From Tubulanus polymorphus (lineage: Eukaryota > Animalia > Nemertea), in contig NC_134035.1 of the NCBI RefSeq assembly GCF_964204645.1, forward strand, positions 13,824,686 to 13,888,685: a DNA stretch of 64,000 bases, given 5' to 3'. This document shows positions 28,141 to 42,000 of the stretch, piece after piece. Within the stretch, counting starts at the first letter, position 1; each line of letters begins with the position of its first letter. The position numbers were made by a program, and so were the translations under genes. The notes under the pieces were generated by a model that was given only the letters and a program-made list of their open reading frames with translations, did no database searches and was not told where the DNA came from.

Positions 28141-31100
28141 TGGTAATTAATTCACGACGGAAAAGTCTGCGAATCCGTCGAGATATTCAAATAAACGGCA
28201 CGAATTCGTATCGTATTTACAGCCGTTATTTCAACTCGTGTTGTCGAGTTTTATTTGAAGAAAAATTTGTTTGAAACTCAAAATTTTCGCTGCTGTCAAA
28301 ACCGGAAATAATTTTCCTAAAAAACACAGAAAACTTGTCTGAAATTAATAATGTGTTGTTGGTCCCTTTAAACCGTGCATATAGAATAATATAAAGATAT
28401 TTGTCTGTGGACCGACCGAGTAATTATGATTAGTATCAGACCCCTGGCCCTGTGTGGTGTGAGTTATGAATAATTCTTATTTTCGGTGATGATGAATTAT
28501 TTTTGTTTGTAGAGTATTTTCGGGTTTGGTCAAAGCGCTGATGTAGATATAATACTCGACGGTCAGGATACACGTAAAACTGCAGAAATTAAATCTGAAG
28601 ATGGAAAGAAAGAAAGATTTTATCTTTATTACGATGGAGAAAGTGTATCGGGAAAGGTAAACACTCAACCCCCCTCTCACTTTCACCCGACCCCCCTCTT
28701 CCTCGACCCCCTTCTCCCCATTCCTCTCACTCTCCTCTTCCCCTCCCCATTCCTCTCACTCTCCCTCTCCCCATTCCTCTCTCACTCTCCCTCTCCCCAT
28801 TCCTCTCACTCTCCCTCTCCCCATTCCTCTCTCTATCTCCCTCCCCCTCTCCTATCTCTCTGATGTCACTCCCCCTCTCCCCATTCCTCTCCCTCTCCCC
28901 ATTCCTCTCACTCTCCCTCTCACTCCCCTCTCCTATCTCTCTGATGTCTCTCACCCTCTCCCTGTTGCTCTCTCTTAATCTCCCCTCTTCACATCTCTCT
29001 TGTCTCTACTCTCCTCTCCCTGTAAGCCATCCTTACTCTTCTCCCCCATTTCTCTCCTCTCTCTTCTCACCACTGAGCCCCAAAATGCTAGCACGGAATA
29101 ATTTCAAAGAATGTCGATTCAGAAAATGTTTGAATGATTTGCAGGTGAATTTGACGCTGAAAAAATCTGGATCAAAACTCGAACATCAGGGAATAAAAAT
29201 AGAATTCATCGGACAAATCGGTAAGTATCGCCATCTATCGGTCGAATTCAAACACCGGCTGCGTGCGCCATCTGGTGATATTATCTGGTATTAATTTTAC
29301 AGAATTATACTACGATCGCGGAAACCATCATGAATTTACGTCACTAGTCAAAGAACTTGCGAAACCGGGAGAATTAACTCAAAATACGAGCTACGAGTTT
29401 AACTTTCAACAAGTAGAAAAACCATACGAGTCGTACACGGGAGCTAATGTACGATTGAGGTGAGTCTGACACCGAGGGGGGGGGGGGGGTGGAGTCTGAC
29501 ACCGAGGGGGGGAGGGGAGGGGGAGCTAATGTACGATTGAGGTGAGTCTGACACCGAGGGGGGAGGGGAGGGGGAACTGATGTACGATTGAGGTGAGTCT
29601 GACACCGAGGGGGGGGAGGGGAGGGGAGGGGAGGGGGAACTGATGTACGATTGAGGTGAGTCTGACACCGAGGGGGGGGTGGAGTCTGACACCTAGAGGG
29701 GAGGGAGAGCTAATGTACGATTGAGGTGAGTCTGACACCGAGGGGGGAGGGGAGGGGGAGCTAATGTACGATTGAGGTGAGTCTGACACCGAGGGGGGAG
29801 GGGAGGGGGAGCTAATGTACGATTGAGGTGAGTCTGACACCGAGGGGGGAGGGGAGGGGGAGCTAATGTACGATTGAGGTGAGTCTGACACTGAGGGGGG
29901 AGGGGGAGGGGAGGGGGAACTGATGTACGATTGAGGTGAGTCTGACACCGAGGGGGGGAGGGGAGGGGAGGGGAGGGGGAACTGATGTACGATTGAGGTG
30001 AGTCTGACACCGAGGGGGGGGGAGCTAATGTACGATTGAGGTGAGTCTGACACCGAGGGGGGAGGGGAGGGGGAGCTAATGTACGATTGAGGTGAGTCTG
30101 ACACTGAGGGGGGAGGGGGAGGGGAGGGGGAACTGATGTACGATTGAGGTGAGTCTGACACCGAGGGGGGGAGGGGAGGGGAGGGGAGGGGGAACTGATG
30201 TACGATTGAGGTGAGTCTGACACCGAGGGGGGTAGGGGGGAGGGGAGGGGGAACTGATGTACGATTGAGGTGAGTCTGACACCGAGGGGAAGGGAGGACA
30301 CCACTGGGGGGGGAAGGGGGGGCACAACTAGGGGGGAGGGGAGGGGGGAACTGATGTACGATTGAGGTGAGTCTGACACCTAGAGGGGAAGGGGGGACGC
30401 CACTAGGGGAGGGGGGTTAACGTGTGATTGAGGTGAGTTTGACACCCAGAGGGGGGGGGGTAAATGAGGGTTGAGGTGAATATTTTAATCAAAAACATGA
30501 CTTGAAATGATACATGAGCTAGGTAGCCTATGACTACTCACAAATATCTGATGATGAGGGGGGTGATGTGAGCATTGAGCATTGTATTTAGGGCCCTGGT
30601 GATGTTTAGATTTGACTAAAACTCGCTGTGAAACGTTGTGTGAATGTGTTGTTTATATTTATAGATATTTCCTACGTGTAACATTAGTTAAACGTATCAG
30701 CGACGTAGTTAAAGAATTGAGAAACGTTGTGTGAATGTGTTGTTTATATTTATAGATATTTCCTACGTGTAACATTAGTTAAACGTATCAGCGACGTAGT
30801 TAAAGAATTGAGAAACGTTGTGTGAATGTGTTGTTTATATTTATAGATATTTCCTACGTGTAACATTAGTTAAACGTATCAGCGACGTAGTTAAAGAATT
30901 GAGAAACGTTGTGTGAATGTGTTGTTTATATTTATAGATATTTCCTACGTGTAACATTAGTTAAACGTATCAGCGACGTAGTTAAAGAATTGAGAAACGT
31001 TGTGTGAATGTGTTGTTTATATTTATAGATATTTCCTACGTGTAACATTAGTTAAACGTATCAGCGACGTAGTTAAAGAATTGGATCTTGTAGTTCATAC

Positions 31101-32717
31101 ACTTTCCTCGTATCCAGACATGAATTCTAGTATTAAAATGGAAGTCGGAATTGAAGATTGTTTACACATTGAATTCGAATACAACAAATCCAAGTAAGTT
31201 TCCATCAATTATCGATATATCATCTCGATATCAGATTTAATGAATATCGCTTATAACTTTAGATATATAATTTTATGAGATAAAGTATGAGATAATTTGA
31301 GATACAGTGAGATATCAATTATCAGGTTGATGAAGTTTATCTCTGATTTGCGATACTCATGTGAGAAATTTGAAACAGAGACTGCTTAAGTTTGAGATAT
31401 ACTGTATGTCAGTGTGATGTTGATATTTTGAGATATCGAGATACACTGTATGTCAATATGATGTTGATATTTTGAGATATCGAGATATACCGTACTGTAT
31501 GTCAGTATGATGTTGATATTTTGAGATATCGAGATATACTGTATGTCAGTGTGATGTTGATATTTTGAGATATCGAGATACACTGTATGTCAATATGATG
31601 TTGATATTTTGAGATATCGAGATATACCGTACTGTATGTCAGTAAGATGTTGATATTTTGAGATATTGTCTGCCAGTGAGATATCGAAAGAGTTATGATG
31701 ATTTTAATATTTTGTAGGTATCATTTGAAAGATGTAATTGTTGGAAAGATATTCTTTTTATTGGTTCGAATTAAGATAAAACACATGGAAATTCAAATAA
31801 TCAAACGTGAGACGACTGGTTCAGGTAAAATAATTACTATCCCCCACACTCGCAATTATCTCGACATTCTCTCCTGATTATCTCGAGATTATTTCGAGAT
31901 TCTCTCCTGATTATCTCGAGATTCTCTCCTGATTATCTCGAGATTCTCTCCTGATTATTTCGAGATTCTCTCCTGAATCTCTTTAGATTCATCTGATTAC
32001 CTCGAGTTTCTTTTATGATTATTTCGAGATTCTCATCCCAATTATTTCTACATTCTTGATAATAATCTTGAGATTCTCAATTCACTATTTTATTTCTCTG
32101 ATTTGTTACAGGTCCAAATACATTCAATGAAAACGAAACGATAGCAAAATATGAAATCATGGATGGTGCTCCAGTACGAGGTATGTTCCCCCTCCTCCCC
32201 TCCTCCCCCCTCCCCTCCTCCCCCTGTGTAGTGTATATACATGTATGTTTATATTAACAGGTGAATCGATACCGATTAGATTGTTTCTAAGCGGTTACGA
32301 ACTGACCCCTTCGATGAGAGATATTAATAAGAAGTTCTCTGTGCGATATTACCTTAATTTAGTGTTAGTCGACGAAGAGGAACGTAGATACTTCAAACAA
32401 CAGGTAAACACTAAAACACGGATCTGGCTTATTAACAATACATAATGCATAAGTACAGACATCTTATTTTTCCAACCCTCGACAGTACATTCTGTAAAAA
32501 GAGGATATATTTGGACCTCTCTCTCCTCCATGGAGGCATGCGTGTAATCTTTACAAACAGCCCCACAGGTGGCGCCACTCGTTTTAATTGGTCGTTCATT
32601 TTCATTTTTCAGGAAATAACCGTTTTCCGAAGAGCGGATAAAGTCCGAAAAAATATACAGCAACAATTAGCGAAACACAACGCGTCGACCCCCCCGCCGT
32701 TACCGTCACCTGAATGA
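28140..32717 (+). CDS. VPS26: Retromer subunit VPS26 (A/B-like), ~322 aa. Exons 28140-28142 (ATG only), 28513-28656, 29145-29220, 29303-29459, 31029-31193, 31718-31824, 32112-32180, 32261-32403, 32613-32717
   Basis: [80 protein letters not shown]. All phases are consistent (969 nt). Confidence 0.96.
29444..30450 (+). repeat. G-rich array of VPS26 exon-end plus donor copies (~16)
   Basis: Unit ct(a/g)atgtacgattgag|gtgagtctgacacc followed by G-runs. Confidence 0.92.
30631..31084 (+). repeat. Five 91-bp copies of the VPS26 acceptor plus exon start
   Basis: Identical units start at 30631, 30722, 30813, 30904 and 30995. Confidence 0.95.
31393..31667. repeat. ~44-49-bp intronic minisatellite
   Basis: Unit gatattttgagatatcgagatatactgtatgtcagt.tgatgtt. 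Confidence 0.88.
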
Positions 32718-33140
32718 GTCCCCTCTCTCCCCTGTACTCCCCCCGTTCAGCGGTCTTCAAATAAACACTACTACTATTATTATTGGATTTACTCTCATTC
32801 CGCTGGCGCCATCTGCGCGAATGAGAGAGAGAGTGAACGCTCGCGCGTCTGCTTGTGTGACTTAATATTAATCGTTATAATTACTGTATCCCGGCTACGG
32901 ATGATTCGTTTCTATAGCAACTGTTTCCAGGGTAACGTGATGATTTACCGATGAACTGAGACGTGAGAGTGTGAAGCATTTAACGAATCATGATGAAATA
33001 TGAAAGTGAATCTTTCCTGCTGCTCCCTGACCCCTGCTGCTCCCTGACCCCCGCTCCCTCCCTCCCTTCTGCGGTTAAAAATTCATGTTTGAATCTTGAA
33101 ATGAAATCTATGTAATTTTGGCGTTAGAAGTAACTCAGTT

Positions 33141-33394
33141 TGGTCAGGGTTCTACGCATAGCTCCTCCCTCTCACCTGTCAATCAGAGAGCCACAGGTCA
33201 GGGTTCTACGCCTACCCTCCCTCTCACCTGTCAATCAGAGCCACAGGTCAGGGTTCTACGCCTACCCTCCCTCTCACCTGTCAATCAGAGCCACAGGTCA
33301 GGGTTCTACGCATAGCTCCTCCCTCTCACCTGTCAATCAGAGAGCCACAGGTCAGGGTTCTACGCATAGCTCCTCCCTCTCACCTGTCAATCAG
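33141..33394. repeat. ~50-bp minisatellite in the VPS26 3' region
   Basis: ggtcagggttctacgc...ctccctctcacctgtcaatcagag, five copies. Confidence 0.88.
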
Positions 33395-34296
33395 TACGGA
33401 ACGCGCATGGTGAAAATGTATGTCAAATTGCAGTAGATTAACAGGATGTAAAATGATGTAAAATTAAATATTATGTAAATTGTTTTTGTGCTTGTGAAGT
33501 TTAAGTAAGAGTACGATGTATATTATTATTATTATTATTATTATTATAATCCTCAGTTTTGTACGACGCATTATGTTTGGTCGATCAGATGCCAGTGCCC
33601 CCTGGTGGATTTTCTATGAACCGGCCTACTACTGGTTTAAATAGTAAATCTCAGTTCGAGTAATTATTATTATTAATATTATTATTACTCGTACGGTTGT
33701 ATATAATTCTATTCAGATGGTAATAAATCTGATTGTTTTAGATCATTGAGAAAAAAACAGTAGTTCCGTTGCTCGTCACCAGACGGCGCCGCTAACGTGA
33801 GACTCGTTAAAATAACATGAATTATTTATCCGTGTAAAATATAATTATAATGAATATTAATATAATTTGACCAGTTTGATTGATTCTACGACTGGTGAAA
33901 AATCTGTGAAGAAATTGTACAGAAAATAAACTTCAAATTGACTTATGAAATAATTGCCTAATTACTGTTTTTACTGTCTAACTCTTGAGTGACCAGTCAA
34001 CAGAATAGGCCGTAACACCTCTCCACGACCCCGGAACTTGAATCGCGCGGGTTCCGTATCCACAAATATCGAGTAGAAAGAAGAGATGTTTTATATGAAA
34101 CATTAATATTATATTATTCACAAAAATGCACAAAAAATAGACCACAAAATACGTGAAGTCCCATATGCTACGCGGTCCTGCTAGTCCGTCCCTAGAACAC
34201 ACTAGTCCTACAGCTAGTCCGTCCCCTTAGTCCTACAGCTAGTCCGTCCCCTTAGTCCTACAGCTAGTCCGTAACCCTAATCCACAGTGTTTATCA

Positions 34297-37200
34297 TTAT
34301 TTCTTTTTACTAATAGTTCCAACTGCTGAAATGACAGTAGTTTTAGTTCCCGATGCGCTGGCAGTCACTGATACGACCTGTGGACCGAGTCCCGATGGTA
34401 AAACTGCCGGTCGTTGCGATCCTATCAATCCTACTGGTTGTGAATCCCATTTACTTTTCCTTTCACCTTGAAAATAATAAACAGCATTCAATTATATACG
34501 AAATCCTCACTCGCCACAGGTGGAATCGTCGAAATACAGCGTAACTTGCTGCTGAAGTTGGCGTAGTTATTGTGAGGTTACAATTGTGTAGAAAATTAAA
34601 GGTGTAAAATACTGTTGAATTTCCACTTCAAAACCAAATAAATCTGCCTTAAATGCTAGCTCCAAAGGTTTAGATCATTGCGATGATCACTACATCAATG
34701 ACTCATCTAAATGATAATTTACATTTAGTAAATTGAATTGAATACAAAATGAGGGTTCAAAAACAGAAACAACTTCAGTAACGCATCGAGTTATCATCTA
34801 AATGACGACTTATAATTTTTGATTGTTAGGCAGTGTGAATACTCACCGGTAACTAATGAACTCAGTGACGCGGTCGATGCTGATTTTTTCACCGGTGCCG
34901 TTCCAGACATAAACTCAATCTACAAATCGGATAAACAAAAACCAGCAAGAATTCAGTAAATAATTCACTTCATTTTAAACGGATAATTGAATAATTTCTT
35001 ACTTTTGTTCGATCTTTCTTTTCTTTTTCTCTTTTGTCCATTTCGGTTTTTTGTGTTTTAGCTGAAAAATGAAAAAAAAAATCGATTCATATTTTGTTCA
35101 GCGGAAAACTTTTAGGAGCTGACCAGCAGGGGGCGTTGGTTAAGCACCGGGAAGGGACCGACCCCACAGCATCATAGACAATTATAACAATGTATAAACC
35201 CACAGTATTTCACTGCCTTCTGTAGAGAGACAAACCGGCAGAAATAGTCTTATTACTAGTGGTATATGTCGCTGCTGCTGCTGCCATGGTTGAATTCAAA
35301 GCCGACAGGAGAAAGGGGCGAGGGGCAAGTGAGTACTCACCTAATTCATCATAAAACGAATATTTATTATATAATCCTGGATTATATAACTCCGGAGGAT
35401 AATTCGTTCCTTTCTCGTTTATGTGACAATAATCGATCAATTTCTCATAAATACTGAAAAACAATTAGAATTCAATAATTCAATCATACGAATAATAAAT
35501 AATCAGCCATTGCTTTCCACCTGACTATTCCCCCTGACACGCACATTGTTTGACCTAACTTGATTTGCTAAGAATCCAATCAATAACACAGTCAAAAACA
35601 GGGTCAGATCTAAGGAATGAAAGCCACTTGCCCGGGGGGTAAGCATATGTGAAATTTCGCTTGCCCCCTCCAAAAAACTACTTGCCCTACACAGGCAGTC
35701 CGATTGGTGGCGCTATCATCCGTTGTATCTAGTGGGGAGAAAGCTTTGTGACATAAAATTGCACTAGCCCGGGGGACAAGTGATACCGGTAATTATAACC
35801 TACTCGCCCTGATGAGAATATACTTGTCCCGGGCAATCGGACAAGTGCTTAGATCACACCCTGCAAATATGTAACACGGACAGAAACTGTTTGATTTAAC
35901 AAACATGATTTAACATTAACAATCTCCACATATTTCCCTGATTTCCTGCCTCTAAGCTTTTGTTCATAAAATTCCTTGTTTTTTTTTTAAAGAAAAGATA
36001 AATATCCACCGTGATAAACATCTGGGACCGGTTGCATAGTCATGACTTAGATTTAAGACCAGTTAAAGACCAACTTAGTTCTATAGCCAATCTAACAAGT
36101 TAAGACTGGTCTTAAGATTTAAGACAACTTTTGGACTTAAGTCACGACTGTGCAACTGGCTCCTGGATGATTAATGATTTTAAGACGAACCTCGGATTTC
36201 TGAAATCAGTTCGTTTTTGTATCGTATGGTTTAAATTCTGTCCGGTGTGTTTCATTTTCTCGTAGAATTTCGAGATTTTTTCCTGTAGATGTCGCGAACA
36301 TTTTCCGGGTGGCTCCGGCGGGATTTCAATATCGTCTGCTTTCATATTCTTGACGCTGCGCGACAATGACGCTGGAAATATACAGATAAACCTTACAATC
36401 AATACACAGGGCTTTGAAGGAATGAAGGGAGAAGGGAAAAGAGAAAGCTGAGGGAATAGAGAGGGGAGGGAGAGAGAAGTGAAAGAGGAGGGGGATGTTT
36501 GTGGAAGAGGGGGAGGGAGGGGGAGAGGAAAAGAGAGCTCGAAAGGAAGGAGTTTAAGGCAGACAAGAGTGGGAAGAGAGGGGGAGGGAAGGAGAGAAGT
36601 TGAGGGAGTGGAGAGAGGGGAGGGGAGAGCTGGAAAGGAAGGAGTTTAAGGCAGACAAGAGTGGGAAGAGAGGGGGAGGGAAGGAGAGAAGTTGAGGGAG
36701 TGGAGAGAGGGGAGGGGAGAGAGGGAGGAGAGTGGAAAGAGGGAAGGGAGAGGAGAGGAGAGAGGGAGGAGTTGGGAAAGAGGAGAGGAGAGTGGAGAGA
36801 GGGTGGAGGGTGTGGAGAGAAAGAGAAGGGAGGGGAGAGAGGGAGGAGGGAGGGGAGAGAGGGTGGAGGGTGTGGAGAGAGGGAGAAGGGAGGGGAGAGA
36901 GGGAGGAGGGAGGGGAGAGAGGGAGGAGGGAGGGGAGAGAGGGTGGAGGGTGTGGAGAGAGGGAGGAGGGAGGGGAGAGGGAGAGGAGGGAGGGGAGAGA
37001 GGGAGGAGGGAGGGGAGAGAGGGAGGAGGGTGTGGAGAGAGGGAGGAGGGTGTGGAGAGGGAGAGGAGGGAGGGAGGGGAGAGAGAGAGGAGGGTGTGGA
37101 GAGGGAGAGGAGGGAGGGGAGAGAGGGAGGAGTGGAGAAAAAGGAGTGTAGAGAGAGGGAGAGAGAGGGGAGAGAGGGAGGAATGGGGAGAGAGGGAGGA

Positions 37201-38104
37201 GAGAAGAGAGGAGAGAGGGAGGAGTGGGGAAAGAGGAGGAGTGAAGAGAGGGAGGAGTGGGGAGAGAGGGAGGAGTAAAGAGAGGGAGGAGAGAGGGAGG
37301 AGTGAAGAGAGGGAGGAGAGAGGGAGGAGTGAGGAGAGAGGAGGAGGGGTTAGGAAGGGGATAATTTTAACTTACATGAAAGATCAGCATTGATTGAAAC
37401 GTCGTATTTTTTTATATCTCCATCGTCCTCTTCGCCGCTGGATTTTACATCCTCGTTCTCCTCACCGTCCACTTTCTCATCATCTTCATCATCAGGACCG
37501 TACGATACCAGTCGAGACACTAATTAAAACACGATAAATGAGACGAAACACTAATCAAAACATGATTAATGAGATGAAAAACTTATTAAAACACAATAAA
37601 TGAGATGAAACACTCATTAACCCTTTCAGTGTGTCTACACCGCATTGTGTTGTATTTGATGCTATTAGTTTGTATCTCTATAGAAAGATGGCAGCACATG
37701 TCAAACATAGTGAAATATCAGTATCTGCGCTACGGTGTGATGAATGTTTTAATTTTCAAATCATGTTTAGCACTTTCGGGTGTTAGGCCCTAAACATAAC
37801 AGTTGAGACTGTATCAGGTTATATTTTTATTAAGAATGGTTGTTGTTTTATGGTTTATCGCACAGTGATCGCTATAGTTACCTTTTTTATGTCTAACCGG
37901 TTGTTGCGGTTTGTCTCTAATGATCACTTCCGTTTTACGAGCAGCTCCGGCCGCCACCGAGGACGGGAGAGGTGTCGCCTGGCGACTGTCATCGTCGTCC
38001 GACCCAGAAATATTATCGTCTATTCTCTGTTGTTCATCTTCGTGTTCTTCACCATCGGATTCTGCGTACATAGCTAACGACGCGATCGCTGAACTGCTGT
38101 CCAT
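34297..38104 (-). CDS. SAP30BP: SAP30-binding protein (HCNGP family), ~320 aa. Exons 38104-37882, 37519-37376, 36371-36191, 35453-35341, 35061-35003, 34919-34847, 34466-34297
   Basis: IPPEPPGKCSRHLQEKI, FRNPSIYEKLI, GTNYP, RKSKWD and C-terminal TVISAVGTISKKK. Phases are consistent (963 nt). Confidence 0.93.
35599..35863. mobile_element. MITE family 1, longer copy in a SAP30BP intron
   Basis: cagggtcagatctaag...cttagatcacaccctg, with internal sequence shared with 13925-14064. Confidence 0.75.
36023..36162. mobile_element. MITE family 2, unit-length copy
   Basis: Inverted ends gggaccggttgcatagtcatgactta / taagtcacgactgtgcaactggctcc. Confidence 0.75.
36420..37360. repeat. Polypurine (GA-rich) intronic low-complexity tract
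   Basis: Almost purely G/A, built from gagagagggaggagg-like units. A similar CT-rich tract lies at 28690-28990. Confidence 0.9.
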
Positions 38105-38229
38105 TCTATCAGATACAATAAAATTACTATTGAATTGAATTGATTGAGTTTGAGTGAGGTTTTATCTCGAGTTATTCCTCTCATCAAATCCTCTCTTAAT
38201 CCTGATTATAAGTTAAAGATGTTTAAGAT

Positions 38230-38440
38230 TTACCTGGTGATTGTTTGTTCTGATTCCCGGTTTAGATTCCGCTTAATTAACGATTAATTAACGCTCAGAT
38301 ACAATCCGCGTCAATTCAATTCAAAAATTTATTACATCAATTCAATACAGCTGATATATTGAAATGACGACGGCACGGACCGATACGGAGCGGACCTGAT
38401 TCGGACTCTGTGTCAGTTGTCTAGACTACGGGACGGTAAA
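38230..38440. promoter_or_regulatory. Probable bidirectional promoter for SAP30BP and the TIR gene
   Basis: Head-to-head ATGs lie 927 bp apart. Opposite-facing donor-like sites occur at ~38233 (-) and ~38436 (+). Confidence 0.4.
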
Positions 38441-39030
38441 TAGAAATAAACAACCCGGCGTTGTGCTATTGATCCCCAGTACTATACTATAACAGTACGA
38501 ACAGACAATCAATGACAATCACGGATATGAAAAGCAAGCATTACAATCCGGGTAGGTATCAGTTTGAGTCTTGGGCCGGGGTCACGGCACGACCGGGCCG
38601 GAGGGCGACCCTTGGGCCCGGTCGGCTACTGCCGACTGGCTGGGGTCGGGTGCTTTATTGCTTAGGCTCTAAAGCGGTGTTTGAGGGTAATCTAGAGTTG
38701 AAATGAGGGTAGTATGGGCGGGGATGGGTACCGGCCGCGGGCCGGACCGACATTCGACGCCGACACACTGATCCCGGCCATGTAAGACTATACTAGCCGG
38801 CTGGGGACGGATTGGAGCCTGGACTCCGAGCTAGAATGCCGGGAGAAGCCATGAGACCCGGCCGCTCTGCTGTAGTGGGGAGATATCATCAAATTTTGTC
38901 CACCGATGCGCGGCCGCGTCAGCACACCGAGTCTTAGCACTGTGTAAGTGCTGTTTCTTATATTATCTAGGTAGAGCAGCCGCAGGAGCAGACAGCAGGT
39001 GATTGGACGAGTAATGAATCACGTGGTGTG

Positions 39031-42000
39031 ATGGGTAGTGCAGCAAGTACAACAATGACTCACCATAGAGACCGACATTTCGAGGAATCGGTTGTTATGG
39101 AGAGCGATGAAGAGACGGAATTCCCGGAACCCGTTTCCGTGGATGTTAGAAGATTGAATAGACACCGTACTAGTGAACCACGTCGAGTAGGAGAACCCGC
39201 TCTATTAGAACCCGCGTCTGAGGAACCGGACAAACCCACTAGGACTGAGGAACCCACAACTCATAAAATCGATCAGTTAACGGAAAAGGTGAATAATGCA
39301 ATAAGCGATTAGCGGCAAATTACCCCCGGTTTAACGTGTATGTTACAGCGTTACCGCCGTCGGAAATTTCACTAAACAAAATGAATTCACACAAAATTCC
39401 CTTTTCTTTCGTCCCAAACTAGAAAATTGAAAAGCATGAACAAATTTCGGGTAAAAGTTACTAATGTTAGACCTATTTGGGAGAAATTAACCGCTAGTCC
39501 TCTATGACGTCATAGAATTGTCAACTTTCCCATAGGAAGTGACCATATGTTTCCTTTGCCGGAATTTACAGGGTAATGACGTCATATGGGGTTTCAGAGA
39601 GGTAGCGCCATCTTTTCTTGATTATTGCTTTCTTTTCAGACAGAAGAGCTTTGCGTTTCAAACGAACTCTTATCTTCACTCGGTTTCAATTCACCGCATG
39701 GCGGCCATATCGTCGTGTCGCAATGTAACGCTTTATACGACTCGGCAGTGCTGCCCCCTAGCGAAGTACCGCCTAAACCCGAAACACCTCAATCGATCGA
39801 TGACGTCATCAACGAACGCTCCGAAAAAGTGAAAAGCGCGCTGGAAAAAATGAAAAGTTTCCGCGGTGAAATAACCGCCGAAAATCTGATGACGAAATCG
39901 ATGTACGATTTTCGAGCTCAGTTCTTTACGATTTACAACTCGTTTTTGATACTGAAAGGCAAACCGATGGAGACTCGCAGACGTGCCAGACAAATATTCG
40001 CAGACGAGATCGTAGATCAACAGGTGCTCGATATTTATCTGAAAGTGATGGAAATCATTTTCGACCAATCACCGACCGAGAAATGGCACGTGACCGAGAA
40101 AGGTGAAGCGACGCTCAGATACCGGGTTTTCTATTGCGTTATTTTGACGATTTATAATTTCGCGAATTTGGAGAATTTCGCGTCGGAAGTTTGTCGAGCA
40201 GACGGCATGGTCGAATTCCTGAAACACATCATAGAATCAACACGTGACAATCACATGACGGAGAAAAATGATATGGTTCGTGAAATATTACATTTTTTAC
40301 ATCGGGTTAAATTTGGTGTCGCTGGTGTGCATTAGGACACCGAATTTGAGAGTCAGTGTCCTACTGCACACCAGTGACACCTGGTGAATCCTCGCTTGCC
40401 ACAGTAGTTGTCCTACTGTACAGTAGCAACACTTGGTGGATCCTTAATTTCCCTAATAGTTGCCATGATAGCAACCTGCCGACTTATTGGAGCCAGTCTA
40501 CCGTTTAACTGCCTCAACACGAATACGAATATTTCAACTGCACTACACTGGCGCACCTGGTGGATCCTCACTTGCCACAAGTGGAATCTAGCTCAGTCGA
40601 CTAAGGAGTCCTCCTCTTTTATAAGATGTACGTAACAGTTTTAACGCGTATAACGATTGTTTGTATATATTTCAGCATGAAGATAAAATCACGAAGGCGC
40701 CGCTCGGAATATTCTACAACTGTTCCACGTTTTATTGTAATCGGGAAATTCTACAGAACGCTGATATAATCGTCTGCGTTCAGCCGTTCCTCAATTCACC
40801 GAACGAATCGTTCCAGGTGTCAGCACTGGTCTGTACGGCTTATTTAGCAGACGAGAAACAAAGCGAGATTTTCTCGGCGAAACCGCAATTAATTTCGTTT
40901 TTTATGAATCGTTTGAAAAACGCGATGACTAAAGATGATCGGATGTTTGTCGGGTGGACCGTGTTAGAGATGGTTAGAGGTTAGATTTACTGTATACGAG
41001 CCCCACAAACACCAGCCCCACAAACATCGGCCCCACAAACATCAGCCCCACAAACATCAGCCCCACAAACACCAGCCCCACAAACACCAGCCCCACAAAC
41101 ACCAGCCCCACAAACACCAGTCCCACATACACCAGCCCCACATACACCAGTCCCACAAATACCAGCCCCACAAACATCAGCCCCACAAACATCAGCCTCA
41201 TTAGTCCCACAAACTTGAGCGCCACAATTCAACAGATTGGAACCCCATAATCCCATGAACCTGAGCACCGAAATTGTACCCTACATCTCGACAGTCCTGT
41301 TAAACACCACATTTTCTCGCTGTTAAACACCGCATTTTCTCGCTGTTAAACACCGTATTTTCTCGCTGTTAAACACCGTATTTTCTCGCCGTTAAACACC
41401 GCATTTTCTCGCCGTTAAACACCGTATTTTCTCGCCGTTAAACACCGTATTTTCTCGCTGTTAAACACCGTATTTTCTCGCTGTTAAACACCGTATTTTC
41501 TCGCCGTTAAACACCGTATTTTCTCGCTGTTTAGGGGTCGGGCAGTTAGCATTAAACGATACCAATAAGAGACTATTAGCTGAAAGTGAGGCTCTCAATT
41601 GTTTGTTTGAAATCGTTAAACAGATGAAAGAAACTGATGAAATTTCAGGTGAGAATCGTTAACTCCCCCCCCCCCCCGGTGGAGCCCCCCAGTCAGATAC
41701 CCGTGAGAATCATTAACTCCCTCCCCCTTCGCCCAGGTGAAGGCCCAGATATCATTGAAACTGATGAACTAACTGATAACTATGAACACAAAAGTAACAT
41801 GTAACAGTAACATGTGCTTCACGGTCCTTCATCAATCTGAGGTCCATACGATCCTAATCCTTTCCTTAATGGGAAAGAAGAAACCTCGTTCGACCCTGCT
41901 TGTGTTGTGTCCTAAGTGGGTTGATGTGGACCTGCTCGCCCCCCCCCCCCCCCCCAGTCAGATACCCGTGAGAATCATAAACTTCCCCCCAAAGTTGTGG

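Noticed and set aside
36661-37393. Long G/E/R-rich ORFs (also 29526-30379 and 53415-53966)
   Set aside because: Low-complexity repeats lacking stop codons, located in introns or intergenic DNA.
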